A DNA stretch of 64,000 nucleotides from a phage. The stretch lies in the NCBI GenBank assembly GCA_021469345.1, contig GCA_021469345.1_3049.1, one strand, 5' to 3'. The notes beneath the pieces were generated by a model. It was given only the letters and a program-made list of their open reading frames with translations. It was not told the origin of the DNA and ran no database searches. This document shows positions 48,498 through 57,380 of this stretch, piece by piece (positions within the stretch are counted from its first letter, which is position 1; each line of letters begins with the position of its first letter). Position numbers and translations under genes: made by a program.

Positions 48498-48647
48498 ATG
48501 AAAATTACACCAATTGAAGTAAAAAAGTTGATTGATACAGAAGAAATTTCAGAGTGTTTTGAAAGTTTCTTAGAAGACGCAACTGAAGATAACGCGGTTT
48601 ATCTTGCCCAGAAAATTATCGAAACTTATTTGGAGAAGAATCAATGA
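48498..48647 (+). CDS. Small hypothetical acidic protein
   Basis: 49 aa ORF immediately downstream of an early promoter; ATGA-coupled to the next gene. Confidence 0.35.
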   Translation: MKITPIEVKKLIDTEEISECFESFLEDATEDNAVYLAQKIIETYLEKNQ

Positions 48648-48907
48648 CAGTTTACGTAGATGTTTTAATGAATCATGGATGGAAACTTCGCGGTCATCCA
48701 ACTAAAAATTGTCATATGTTCACTGATGGAGATATTGAAGAGCTTCACGAAATGGCAGAAGCAATAGGAATGAAACGTTCTTGGTTTCAAGATAAACGCA
48801 TTAAACATTATGACTTACACGCTCGGCGACGCCAAAAAGCTGTAGAACTTGGAGCTGTAGAAGTATCTCGTCGCGAAGCAGTAAAAATTTGGCAAACATT
48901 AAAATAA
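48644..48907 (+). CDS. Hypothetical protein
   Basis: 87 aa ORF, His-rich. Confidence 0.45.
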   Translation: MTVYVDVLMNHGWKLRGHPTKNCHMFTDGDIEELHEMAEAIGMKRSWFQDKRIKHYDLHARRRQKAVELGAVEVSRREAVKIWQTLK

Positions 48908-48952
48908 ATTGTTTACAGCAGGGTAGTAGTGTGATACTATTACCCTATCAAA
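48900..48952 (+). promoter_or_regulatory. Early promoter cassette (PeSL-like)
   Basis: GTTTAC at 48911, -10 in GTGATACTATTACCCTATCAA, inverted repeat GGGTA/TACCC. Confidence 0.6.
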
Positions 48953-48976
48953 ACAAATGTGAAATTGGAGAATAAA

Positions 48977-49945
48977 ATGAAAACTGTAACTATCAATAAG
49001 GGTATCTACTTCGGTAAAGAAATCTCTGGAACTTTTGAGCTCTTAGGTGAATGGTTCCCAGATAATGCTCCGGTAGATGCACAAGGAGATGGTAAAGTTT
49101 TTGTTGAAATTGACGGTAAACGTCGCGGTGTTTGGGTTTACAAATCAGACATTTCATATGATGGTGTAAAAGTTGAAGAAGTTAAAGAATCGTATGAAGA
49201 TATGAAAACCCGCATTAATAAAAGATTTAATGTTATGGGAATGATGACGAATGGTATTATTAATGGAAATATTCGTTCATTAATTATCTCTGGCGCAGCA
49301 GGTATTGGTAAAACGTATTCTTTAGATAAAGCTTTAAATAAAGCAAATGATAATGGATACATTGAATATAAAAGCATTAATGGTAAAATCTCTGGTATCG
49401 GTCTTTATGAACAGCTCTGGAATAATCGTGAAGAGAATTCTGTCCTTTTGATTGATGATGTGGATGTTTTCTCTGATATGGACATTCTTAATCTTCTAAA
49501 AGCCGCTCTGGACACTGGAGAGACCCGTAAAGTCTGCTGGAGCACTGCATCTTCTTACTTAGAAGAAAAAGGCATTGACCGTGAGTTTGAATTTAAAGGA
49601 ACGATTGTTTTTATCACAAACGTTGACATTGACCGCGAATTAGACCGCGGTACTAAACTTGCTCCACATTTACAAGCATTAGTGTCCCGCTCAGTTTATT
49701 TGGATTTGGGTGTTCACACCAATGAAGAAATTATGGTCAGGGTTGAAGATGTTATTCTTTCAACTGACATGATGCAAAAGCGCGGTCTTTCTGATGAAGA
49801 AACTTATAAAGCATTATCATGGATGAAAGTTAATGTTAATCGTTTACGCAATGTTTCACTGCGTACTGCTCTTTATCTTGCTGACTTTATTATGACCGAC
49901 AAAAATCATTGGGAAGAAATTGCTGAAACGGTATTATTAAAATGA
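48977..49945 (+). CDS. AAA+ family ATPase
   Basis: Walker A GAAGIGKT and Walker B LLIDDVD; about 322 aa from the ATG after SD GGAG. Confidence 0.65.
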   Translation: MKTVTINKGIYFGKEISGTFELLGEWFPDNAPVDAQGDGKVFVEIDGKRRGVWVYKSDISYDGVKVEEVKESYEDMKTRINKRFNVMGMMTNGIINGNIRSLIISGAAGIGKTYSLDKALNKANDNGYIEYKSINGKISGIGLYEQLWNNREENSVLLIDDVDVFSDMDILNLLKAALDTGETRKVCWSTASSYLEEKGIDREFEFKGTIVFITNVDIDRELDRGTKLAPHLQALVSRSVYLDLGVHTNEEIMVRVEDVILSTDMMQKRGLSDEETYKALSWMKVNVNRLRNVSLRTALYLADFIMTDKNHWEEIAETVLLK

Positions 49946-50661
49946 AAAAATATTTTACTATCTATAAAACTGAAATATTAAATTTAAAGACAGGTATTAA
50001 GAAATACTATTATGGTCGACATATAACTAATAACATCAATGATTCGTATGTTGGTAGTGGAAATTATATAGAACGTGTAAAAGTGTCAAATGACCACATA
50101 TTATCAAAAACGGTTTTAGAAGTTTTTGATAATTATGATAAAATGGTACAAGCTGAAATATTATATATCATGGCAGGTAAATTGAAATATGGAAAAAACT
50201 GTGTTAACCTGTCATACGGGGGTGAAGGAGGAAAGGTTGCAGATGAAACTAGGATAAAATGCAAAAAGCATTCTATAAATTTATGGAAAAATCCTAATCA
50301 TATACAGCATATGAAGAAAAAGATGAAAGAGGTCACATCCACGCCGGAAGCTAAATTAAACACTTCAATAAAAACTTCGCAACGATATAAGGACCCAGTT
50401 TTTGTTAGAAAAGTTAGTAATATTATTAAAAAGAAACTAAGCAATCCTACAGTAAAAGAAAAGCATATTAATGGAATTAAAGCTGCAAAGCGTTCTCATT
50501 TAACTATATGGCAGTATGAAGATGAATTATTCGAGCTTTGGAAAGAAACTAAATATGGATGGAGAAAATTTACAAAGGAAGCTATAAAACACGGATATCC
50601 AAATGAACCGTATCGTAGTATGGTATCAACTTTTCAGAAAAGACATTTAGAAGAATCCTAA
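49942..50661 (+). CDS. GIY-YIG-type homing endonuclease (seg-like)
   Basis: 239 aa; YFTIYKTE...KKYYYGRH...YVGSG parallels the SegB N-terminus in this window; basic C-terminal region. Confidence 0.6.
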   Translation: MKKYFTIYKTEILNLKTGIKKYYYGRHITNNINDSYVGSGNYIERVKVSNDHILSKTVLEVFDNYDKMVQAEILYIMAGKLKYGKNCVNLSYGGEGGKVADETRIKCKKHSINLWKNPNHIQHMKKKMKEVTSTPEAKLNTSIKTSQRYKDPVFVRKVSNIIKKKLSNPTVKEKHINGIKAAKRSHLTIWQYEDELFELWKETKYGWRKFTKEAIKHGYPNEPYRSMVSTFQKRHLEES

Positions 50662-50743
50662 GACAAAAAGGCAGTTCAGAAATAGATTATATGGACTGCC
50701 ATTAAAAAGATGACTAGAATTAAACTGGTAAACGGAGGTAGTG

Positions 50744-51046
50744 ATGTTATACTCAAAGGCTCGTGAAATTTACGAAACTAAAATTAAAGAAGCAGTATTT
50801 CAGTTCGCAACAACAATGCGATGGACAAATGACTGTGAGTATTCAAAAAATCATAAGAAGCCCATGGTGACAAGAAAGGCTCATATGTTAGTGTTAATAG
50901 ACCGCGAGCAGATTAAAGCCCGAGAAGCCCTCCAGAATCATAAAAAGGCTGCCTTTGAATGGTTTATGGATAACACTGCTCCTGAGACTAAGAAAGCAGT
51001 AAGCGCATGGTTCAGTGGAAAAAATTGCGAAAGAAGTTTCTTTTAG
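50744..51046 (+). CDS. Hypothetical protein
   Basis: About 100 aa. Confidence 0.45.
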   Translation: MLYSKAREIYETKIKEAVFQFATTMRWTNDCEYSKNHKKPMVTRKAHMLVLIDREQIKAREALQNHKKAAFEWFMDNTAPETKKAVSAWFSGKNCERSFF

Positions 51047-51090
51047 TGGTTTACAAGACTGTTCCTCTGTGGTACTATACAACTATCAAC
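51040..51090 (+). promoter_or_regulatory. Early promoter cassette
   Basis: GTTTAC at 51049, -10 in TGGTACTATACAACTATCAAC. Confidence 0.6.
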
Positions 51091-51106
51091 TACGGAGGAA
51101 CACAAA

Positions 51107-51379
51107 ATGAACGCTAAAGATATTTTCAACCTGGTAAATTACAACGATGGTAAATTTAAATCTGAAGCACAAAGCAAGTTCTTTAATGACATCTCAATCG
51201 GAGGTGAAATCACTGTTGATGGAGGACAAATTTACAAATCCCGTTGGAATTGGATCGTTATTATCGATGAGATTGGTATTGTAGAAATTTATAAAAATAC
51301 GAAAATCGTGCATTACACTGGTCTCGTGATACTAACGAACAGTACAAAAAGGATAAAGCATCTAAATTATCTCGTGTAA
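51107..51379 (+). CDS. Hypothetical protein
   Basis: 90 aa ORF downstream of an early promoter. Confidence 0.45.
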   Translation: MNAKDIFNLVNYNDGKFKSEAQSKFFNDISIGGEITVDGGQIYKSRWNWIVIIDEIGIVEIYKNTKIVHYTGLVILTNSTKRIKHLNYLV

Positions 51380-51414
51380 CTCAAGAAGATATTGAGTTCA
51401 TCAAGAAAGATATT

Positions 51415-51630
51415 TTGATGTATGATAACTTAATTGCTGAAGAGCAAGCTGTTATTGATAAATTTGATGAGATTAAAGCTTCTCGTGAAATTCCTGATTT
51501 TATGAAAGAATCAGTAAATGAACGATACACTCTCATTTCAGAGCGTATTGAAACTTACAAAAAGCAAAGAGCTGAACGCCAAAATACTCTTCGGAAGTTT
51601 GAAGAACGGTTAAAGACGGTACTCGCATAA
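51415..51630 (+). CDS. Hypothetical helical protein
   Basis: 71 aa ORF. Confidence 0.4.
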   Translation: MMYDNLIAEEQAVIDKFDEIKASREIPDFMKESVNERYTLISERIETYKKQRAERQNTLRKFEERLKTVLA

Positions 51631-51685
51631 CCGCTTTATACCAAGGATGGTATAATGGTTCTAAGCCCTTTTAACTGAGATTATT

Positions 51686-51925
51686 ATGAAACAGTTGATA
51701 ATTAAAAGATTGAATTTATTGATATGTTGTTTATGTATAGTAATTGCATATGGTTATTACGCAATTAATGATTATATGCATTATAAAGATTATGATGTTA
51801 CTGTAGTTAAACCCTTACAGGAACTCAAGGAAAGGGGTCTAGTTTATCGTTTATTGCTGTATATGAACTCAAAGACGGTTATAGATTTAGCGAATATATT
51901 TCGCCAGAGATGTATTCTTCAATAG
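51686..51925 (+). CDS. Small membrane protein
   Basis: 79 aa with an N-terminal hydrophobic helix. Confidence 0.4.
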   Translation: MKQLIIKRLNLLICCLCIVIAYGYYAINDYMHYKDYDVTVVKPLQELKERGLVYRLLLYMNSKTVIDLANIFRQRCILQ

Positions 51926-52092
51926 AAAAAGGTGATAATATTACTGTAAGTTTACGTCCTTTCGACGTAAAACAGACATTGTTTGATAATATTGTTTGGT
52001 TCTTTGGAATGGTATTAGTTCAATCTATATGTGGTGCTTATATAGTCTGTTCCATCTTATTCTGTATATTTAGTAAAATTGAAATTGAGTGA
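51910..52092 (+). CDS. Small membrane protein
   Basis: 60 aa with a hydrophobic C-terminal segment. Confidence 0.35.
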   Translation: MYSSIEKGDNITVSLRPFDVKQTLFDNIVWFFGMVLVQSICGAYIVCSILFCIFSKIEIE

Positions 52093-52099
52093 GGAAAAT

Positions 52100-52987
52100 A
52101 TGTCAGTAGTAATTAATAATGTCAATGCAGTAATTAAATCTTTAGTTAATAAAAAATCAAATGAATGGACTGTACTTCAACACGACGAGTCAGATAAATT
52201 TTTTCATAAATTTAACCCAGTACTAAATTTAAATGTTATTGATAAAGATGTTCACGCCGAAATTTTAGATAAGTTTAAAGTTGATATTGGATTTGGATTA
52301 GAAAAACATTTACAACGAACAAACGGGTCTGGAATGCTTTTATCTAATCGCATTATGAAAGCCCTTAATAAAATTGGAGCATTGTCTCGTATTAACGCGA
52401 GTGAAATCCTTCGTAATTATAATAAAGGATATGACCTTTATGGTCGACTAATGCCGAAATTATCATTTGACCAAATGATCGCAGATTTGTGGGAAAATCA
52501 ACGACGATTATTAGCATTAGGCGCTCGATTGGCTAAAGGTCTAGATAAACAAATGATTTTTAAAACTAATAATACAGAAGACCTTAAATGCTTTAAATTT
52601 AGCACTCGTGGAGATGATTATTACGTCAGAGCTCACTCTACAGATTATGCTAATATGGGTCATCATCTCTGTTTAGCTTTTGAAGTTTTAAAAGAAGCCG
52701 GAACATTAGAATATGTGTCTGGTGCAAAATGCCCTATTGGTTCAAGTTGTATTTTAATTTATCGCCCGGATGAATCCAGTTCAACTAAATTGCCTACAAA
52801 ACCTGTACCAGTTCGCAGTAACGAAAAACATTCTGAACAAATTGATTATTTTAATAAGCAAATTGAAGAGCTGAATATTTCTATTCAACAATATGACGAT
52901 GAAATTTTCAGACTATCTGGACTGAGTAGTAAAGCTAAATCTGAGCGTGAAAAGTTAATTAAAATTGTTGATTTACTTAAATCTTAA
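52100..52987 (+). CDS. Paralog family member 1 (coiled-coil C-terminus), function unknown
   Basis: About 295 aa from the ATG after SD GAGGAAAA; central L..Q..LL..GARL..G motif and C-terminal heptad-like tail shared with the next three genes. Confidence 0.6.
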   Translation: MSVVINNVNAVIKSLVNKKSNEWTVLQHDESDKFFHKFNPVLNLNVIDKDVHAEILDKFKVDIGFGLEKHLQRTNGSGMLLSNRIMKALNKIGALSRINASEILRNYNKGYDLYGRLMPKLSFDQMIADLWENQRRLLALGARLAKGLDKQMIFKTNNTEDLKCFKFSTRGDDYYVRAHSTDYANMGHHLCLAFEVLKEAGTLEYVSGAKCPIGSSCILIYRPDESSSTKLPTKPVPVRSNEKHSEQIDYFNKQIEELNISIQQYDDEIFRLSGLSSKAKSEREKLIKIVDLLKS

Positions 52988-52995
52988 GGAACACT

Positions 52996-54024
52996 ATGAA
53001 AACTCGTTCTCAAATTGAAGATATGGTTCGTAATGCCAGTTATACTCGTGATGTTATGACATTTTTGTGTGAAAATAATTTAGACCCTGATAAAGTTAAT
53101 CGTGTTATTCATCACTTTAAGTATACGAATAGCAGTGAATGGGTGCGTAATTTTAGTAAAGCAGGGTATATTACACAAATGACTGCTCGTGAACAGCTCA
53201 CCGATTTCTGTAAAACTATTGATTATAAAAATCCTTTGATTGTTCAAGGCGTTGGTCAGAGTAAGGTTGATTTATCAACAGGATTTTTTAATCCAAATCA
53301 TTATCGTCTTGAATGGAGATTTATTGCTCTATTCCGTAAACAATTAAAGCAAATTTTGTCTACTGCTAGTCGATTAAAAGGTTCTGATATTAACTTAAAG
53401 AATCTGAAATTTGATGGTTATACTCTTCAGATGGAAGTAAGACCGTTAAAAGAAAATAATAGAACTGCACGAATTAGCTTTAAGCCTAATACAAAAAATT
53501 CTCTTTCAATTTGTGAATGCCTTAAATCACAGTTGACAGAAGCATTTAAGTATATGGATGTTGTTGCTGCTGTTCAATCTAAGATTTTACCTCGTTTTGA
53601 GCGAAATTGGGAACATACAACAACGTATGAACTTGATATGATCGTTTCATTTAAATACGATTTTTTGAGAAAGGACGAAGTCACGCAAGAGAAAAAGCAG
53701 GAAGTACAAGATAACTTAAATTTAAATTTATCTAATTACTTATCAAACGATCCTAAATTTTGGATGTATAGTTCAGGTAATAAAGATGCATGGAAATTCA
53801 ATAAAGTGAATTTTCTTCCTATTGAAAATCCGAGTCTTAAACCTGTTGAAAAATGGCACGCGGATGCGATTGAGAAGTCCCTTAAGGCAGTAGATGATGA
53901 ACTCGTTAAAGCGACCAATGAAGTGCTAAAAGCTGAAAAGGTGTTAGAACAAGCTCAGTCAAGGGTTCAAAATCTGACAAAGCAACGTTCTAAACTGAAC
54001 AATGCACTAAATGCACTAAACTAG
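52996..54024 (+). CDS. Paralog family member 2
   Basis: 342 aa; MKTR N-terminus; FRKQLKQILSTASRLKG central motif; coiled-coil tail. Confidence 0.6.
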   Translation: MKTRSQIEDMVRNASYTRDVMTFLCENNLDPDKVNRVIHHFKYTNSSEWVRNFSKAGYITQMTAREQLTDFCKTIDYKNPLIVQGVGQSKVDLSTGFFNPNHYRLEWRFIALFRKQLKQILSTASRLKGSDINLKNLKFDGYTLQMEVRPLKENNRTARISFKPNTKNSLSICECLKSQLTEAFKYMDVVAAVQSKILPRFERNWEHTTTYELDMIVSFKYDFLRKDEVTQEKKQEVQDNLNLNLSNYLSNDPKFWMYSSGNKDAWKFNKVNFLPIENPSLKPVEKWHADAIEKSLKAVDDELVKATNEVLKAEKVLEQAQSRVQNLTKQRSKLNNALNALN

Positions 54025-54055
54025 TTTACTTTGCCACAAGGATGTGGTATAATGT
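54015..54055 (+). promoter_or_regulatory. Early promoter for paralog 3
   Basis: GTTTAC at 54024, perfect TATAAT at 54048-54053; CCACAAGGATGTGG hairpin in the spacer. Confidence 0.6.
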
Positions 54056-54081
54056 TCTTACTTTCTACTGAGGAGATTAAT

Positions 54082-55083
54082 ATGACTCGTAACGAATATA
54101 TCAAATCATTCAATAGAGTTATTGATGATAAAGCTATACCGATGTTTGGCCAAAATAGCGTTCTTTCTATTATCAATCAATGGCTCAATAGTGTTGATGC
54201 AGGTATTGTTTCTTCTACTAAATTTATTCATGAAATTCGTAAAATTTCTAGCCGTGTAGATAAAGATCTTATCAAGAAAACCTTTAAAGAGTCTCGTCTT
54301 CTTTCATATTTGGTTAATCGGGATATTCTTGGTAATTTTGGGAAAGAAATTAAACGAACCAAAGATGTAGTAGGATACAATTGGTTCGGTGATGTTAATA
54401 CTTATCATCTTAATACTAAAGAAGACCCTGAGAATATTTTTACTCGTCGTTGGGTTAGTGAATTTAGGAGTTTTACGAAGCAAATTCTAAAATCAGCTTC
54501 TAAATTATGTTATGGCGATTATCGTCAAATTCATCCTTTAGCTGATGATATGATTATAGCAGAAGAATATGAACTTGATAAAAACAAAGTAGCTATTTTT
54601 ATTAATTACAGATTTTTTACACCAGAAACTAACCAAAAGAACATTAATAAATTTTTCTCAATTGCTAGCACTATAACTCGTCAATTAGAGACCGCATTAC
54701 TTTGTATGGAAACAGTAGAAAATATTCATACTTATCCTTTTAAGAATATATGCGGTTGGGAAGGATATAAACTCGTAATTAGCCTTCGTGAAGTGAAATG
54801 TGCTTATTCACCTACTGATAAAGAAATTTACCAACAAAAATGCGAAGAAATTGTGAATACTCCTAAAGAAGAAACTACCCTTGAGGAACTAATGGAATGT
54901 CTTGATGATTCGCCTGAACCGGTAGAAATTCGTCCAGAAGTTATTGCATTAGAAAAAGCTTATAAAGAAGCTCTAGAAATTTCTAATAAAGCACAGAAAG
55001 AATATGAGAAGGCTAAAAGGATTTGGGAAGAATCTGTCAATCGCTTGGATCGTCTTGAACAAGCTTTACAATTAATTAAGTAA
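54082..55083 (+). CDS. Paralog family member 3
   Basis: About 333 aa from the ATG after SD GAGGAG (the listed ORF start lies inside the promoter); FRSFTKQILKSASKL motif; coiled-coil tail. Confidence 0.6.
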   Translation: MTRNEYIKSFNRVIDDKAIPMFGQNSVLSIINQWLNSVDAGIVSSTKFIHEIRKISSRVDKDLIKKTFKESRLLSYLVNRDILGNFGKEIKRTKDVVGYNWFGDVNTYHLNTKEDPENIFTRRWVSEFRSFTKQILKSASKLCYGDYRQIHPLADDMIIAEEYELDKNKVAIFINYRFFTPETNQKNINKFFSIASTITRQLETALLCMETVENIHTYPFKNICGWEGYKLVISLREVKCAYSPTDKEIYQQKCEEIVNTPKEETTLEELMECLDDSPEPVEIRPEVIALEKAYKEALEISNKAQKEYEKAKRIWEESVNRLDRLEQALQLIK

Positions 55084-55135
55084 TTTAAAGCCAAGGATGG
55101 CTCGGAGTATAAACTATTAACCAAGTGAGAAGAAC

Positions 55136-56068
55136 ATGAAAACTCGTAAACATTATATTGATTATTTTGACAGTCTTATTACTAAACACCGTAATTATCA
55201 GATCGGGCACAGAGCAGTAATCAATAATATTCTTCGTGATTTCCTTCAATATGTTGGTCAGGAAAATCATATCTGTAAAGATACTCAAAACGCTTATTCT
55301 CATTCGTTAGGCAATTTGCTTGAATGGTTTAAACGTTCTCGTATGTTATCTTCTACTGTAGCTCGTGATAACATTAAAAACTTTATGAAACCGAGCTTTA
55401 TTAAATCTGTGACATCTAAAACCGATTTGGTTGAATTTACTATTATTAACGATGTTAAAAAGACTCATTTAGCTGATTGGTTATCTACCATTCCTGAAAC
55501 TAAATTTGCTGATAAATTTGCTTGTGAATTCAATAAACAAGTTAATATGCTTTTTAAACATTCATGTAAATTATTCACAGGCGGCGATGATCGTACAAAT
55601 AAAGTTCATGTTAAAGATTGGGTTACTGCAGTGTTCAAACCAACTGGTAATGGTAACGCATCATTATCAATTGATATCCAGGTTCCTTATTACTACTCAC
55701 GTAATCTCGGTACTATGAAAGCCGAAGAAATTAATAAGCGCAACAAAACCGTTCGTTCTCTGTCTTATAAACTTCGCATGATGTTACAGACTATGGATGT
55801 TGTTGAAATGTTCGACGAAACCGAAGATAACGGTTCAATGTTATATAGTTCTCGTACCCGAATTAAGTTGAAGAACCCTAACGAGTATAAACTTAAGACT
55901 ATTAAAGAACCTAAAGTAGAAAAGGTTGATAACTTGAGCGAAGAACGTGAATATCTCAATTCTCGTTTGATTGAAGTTGAAGCCCAAATTGCAGAACACA
56001 CCAAATTGTTAAAAGCTCTTAATGCAAAAGCAAATGGTTTACGTAATGCTATTGAGGTATTGAAATGA
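55136..56068 (+). CDS. Paralog family member 4
   Basis: 310 aa; MKTRKHY N-terminus; FNKQVNMLFKHSCKL motif; coiled-coil tail. Confidence 0.6.
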   Translation: MKTRKHYIDYFDSLITKHRNYQIGHRAVINNILRDFLQYVGQENHICKDTQNAYSHSLGNLLEWFKRSRMLSSTVARDNIKNFMKPSFIKSVTSKTDLVEFTIINDVKKTHLADWLSTIPETKFADKFACEFNKQVNMLFKHSCKLFTGGDDRTNKVHVKDWVTAVFKPTGNGNASLSIDIQVPYYYSRNLGTMKAEEINKRNKTVRSLSYKLRMMLQTMDVVEMFDETEDNGSMLYSSRTRIKLKNPNEYKLKTIKEPKVEKVDNLSEEREYLNSRLIEVEAQIAEHTKLLKALNAKANGLRNAIEVLK

Positions 56069-56379
56069 AAAAGCGTCTATTAGAAGACATTGCAGCTTCA
56101 AGTAATTCCAGTTTAATTAAAATTATTATGGCCGGTGAAGAAGACGATTTGGAAATGCGTGGAAAGATTCATGGTTGTGATGATTATAGCCCTCCTGTTA
56201 ATTGGGATTCTGTAATGGTCATGGTTAAACGTCGCGAAAGGGCTTCTAAAAACGTTCCTAATTGTCCTGAATGCGGTACTGAACAGGTACAATTAGTTCA
56301 TTGGCAGACTAGTAATCTTCGTTATAAATGTCGCCATTGTAAACACCGATTTGACCGAGAAGAAAATGACCAAGCGTAA
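56065..56379 (+). CDS. Zinc-ribbon protein
   Basis: 104 aa; CPECG...CRHCKH four-Cys/His ribbon. Confidence 0.5.
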   Translation: MKKRLLEDIAASSNSSLIKIIMAGEEDDLEMRGKIHGCDDYSPPVNWDSVMVMVKRRERASKNVPNCPECGTEQVQLVHWQTSNLRYKCRHCKHRFDREENDQA

Positions 56380-56608
56380 AGAATATATGGAGGCTGCTGA
56401 AAAGGCAGTCCGTGAATTAGCAATAGCTTATTATAATGAACATGGTAAATTTCCTGATAGATATAGCGTGCTTAAATCTGCTTTAACTCGTTCATATAAA
56501 AATATGCTATCAGAAGTAAGTGATATTATATACAAACATAAAGAACAAACGGGCCAAAGTCTTGATTACGACGAGACTTTTAAACAAGTACTAGGAATTA
56601 AGGAATAA
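56366..56608 (+). CDS. Hypothetical protein
   Basis: About 80 aa; start uncertain. Confidence 0.4.
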   Translation: MTKRKEYMEAAEKAVRELAIAYYNEHGKFPDRYSVLKSALTRSYKNMLSEVSDIIYKHKEQTGQSLDYDETFKQVLGIKE

Positions 56609-56609
56609 T

Positions 56610-56873
56610 ATGTTTAAAGTATATGGTTATGATAGCAACATCCACAAATGCGTGTATTGCGATAATGCAAAACGTCTCTTGACTGTGAAGAAACAGCCGT
56701 TTGAATTTATCAACATTATGCCGGAAAAAGGTGTTTTTGATGATGAGAAAATTGCTGAGCTTCTGACTAAACTAGGTCGTGATACTCAAATCGGCTTAAC
56801 AATGCCTCAGGTATTTGCTCCTGATGGAAGTCATATTGGTGGATTTGACCAATTGCGGGAATACTTTAAATGA
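56610..56873 (+). CDS. nrdC: Thioredoxin/glutaredoxin NrdC
   Basis: 87 aa; CVYC redox motif; matches T4 NrdC in length. Confidence 0.85.
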   Translation: MFKVYGYDSNIHKCVYCDNAKRLLTVKKQPFEFINIMPEKGVFDDEKIAELLTKLGRDTQIGLTMPQVFAPDGSHIGGFDQLREYFK

Positions 56874-57085
56874 TGCTCGAAGGAACTGATTATATCCATG
56901 ATTATCGTGGAAGCGCGGTATATGTAGGTGATGAAGTTGCAGTTTACTATGGGTATGGAGCTTTGATGACAGCTAAGGTTATTCAAATTAAAAATAACCG
57001 TGCTAAACTTGAAGTTTATTATTCTAATGGCGAAAAGTCTATTTCTAAGTGGAAATATGGCGATTGTATGGTTAAACTGGGGTAA
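56870..57085 (+). CDS. Hypothetical protein
   Basis: 71 aa ORF coupled to nrdC. Confidence 0.45.
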   Translation: MMLEGTDYIHDYRGSAVYVGDEVAVYYGYGALMTAKVIQIKNNRAKLEVYYSNGEKSISKWKYGDCMVKLG

Positions 57086-57087
57086 AT

Positions 57088-57258
57088 ATGATTTACGATA
57101 TTAATGTAGCAAGAACTCCATTAATGGTTACTATTCCAGCTGAAGAATTAGATCGTCTTCAGAAAATTGAAGAACTTCTTTGGGAAATTGAATCTGATTT
57201 GCCATCAGGACTAGAATCCTGGATTGATTATGAAGAACTTAATAAGCTTCGGGGTTAA
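57088..57258 (+). CDS. Small hypothetical acidic protein
   Basis: 56 aa ORF; a second 54-aa ORF (57230-57394) overlaps its end in another frame. Confidence 0.3.
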   Translation: MIYDINVARTPLMVTIPAEELDRLQKIEELLWEIESDLPSGLESWIDYEELNKLRG

Positions 57259-57380
57259 ACCCTGGTGGGCGGTTAGATGGGAAACTGTAGAGCCAGAGCC
57301 GGAAGAACCGGTTTACACTGATGAAGAAACAGTATATAATGAACCTACAATAAATGACTTAATTGATATGGAGATGGGAC

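Noticed and set aside
54031-54081. Upstream start (MPQGCGIMFLL...) of the third paralog
   Set aside because: This start lies inside the early promoter (GTTTAC at 54024, TATAAT at 54048); the ATG at 54082 with SD GAGGAG is the credible start.
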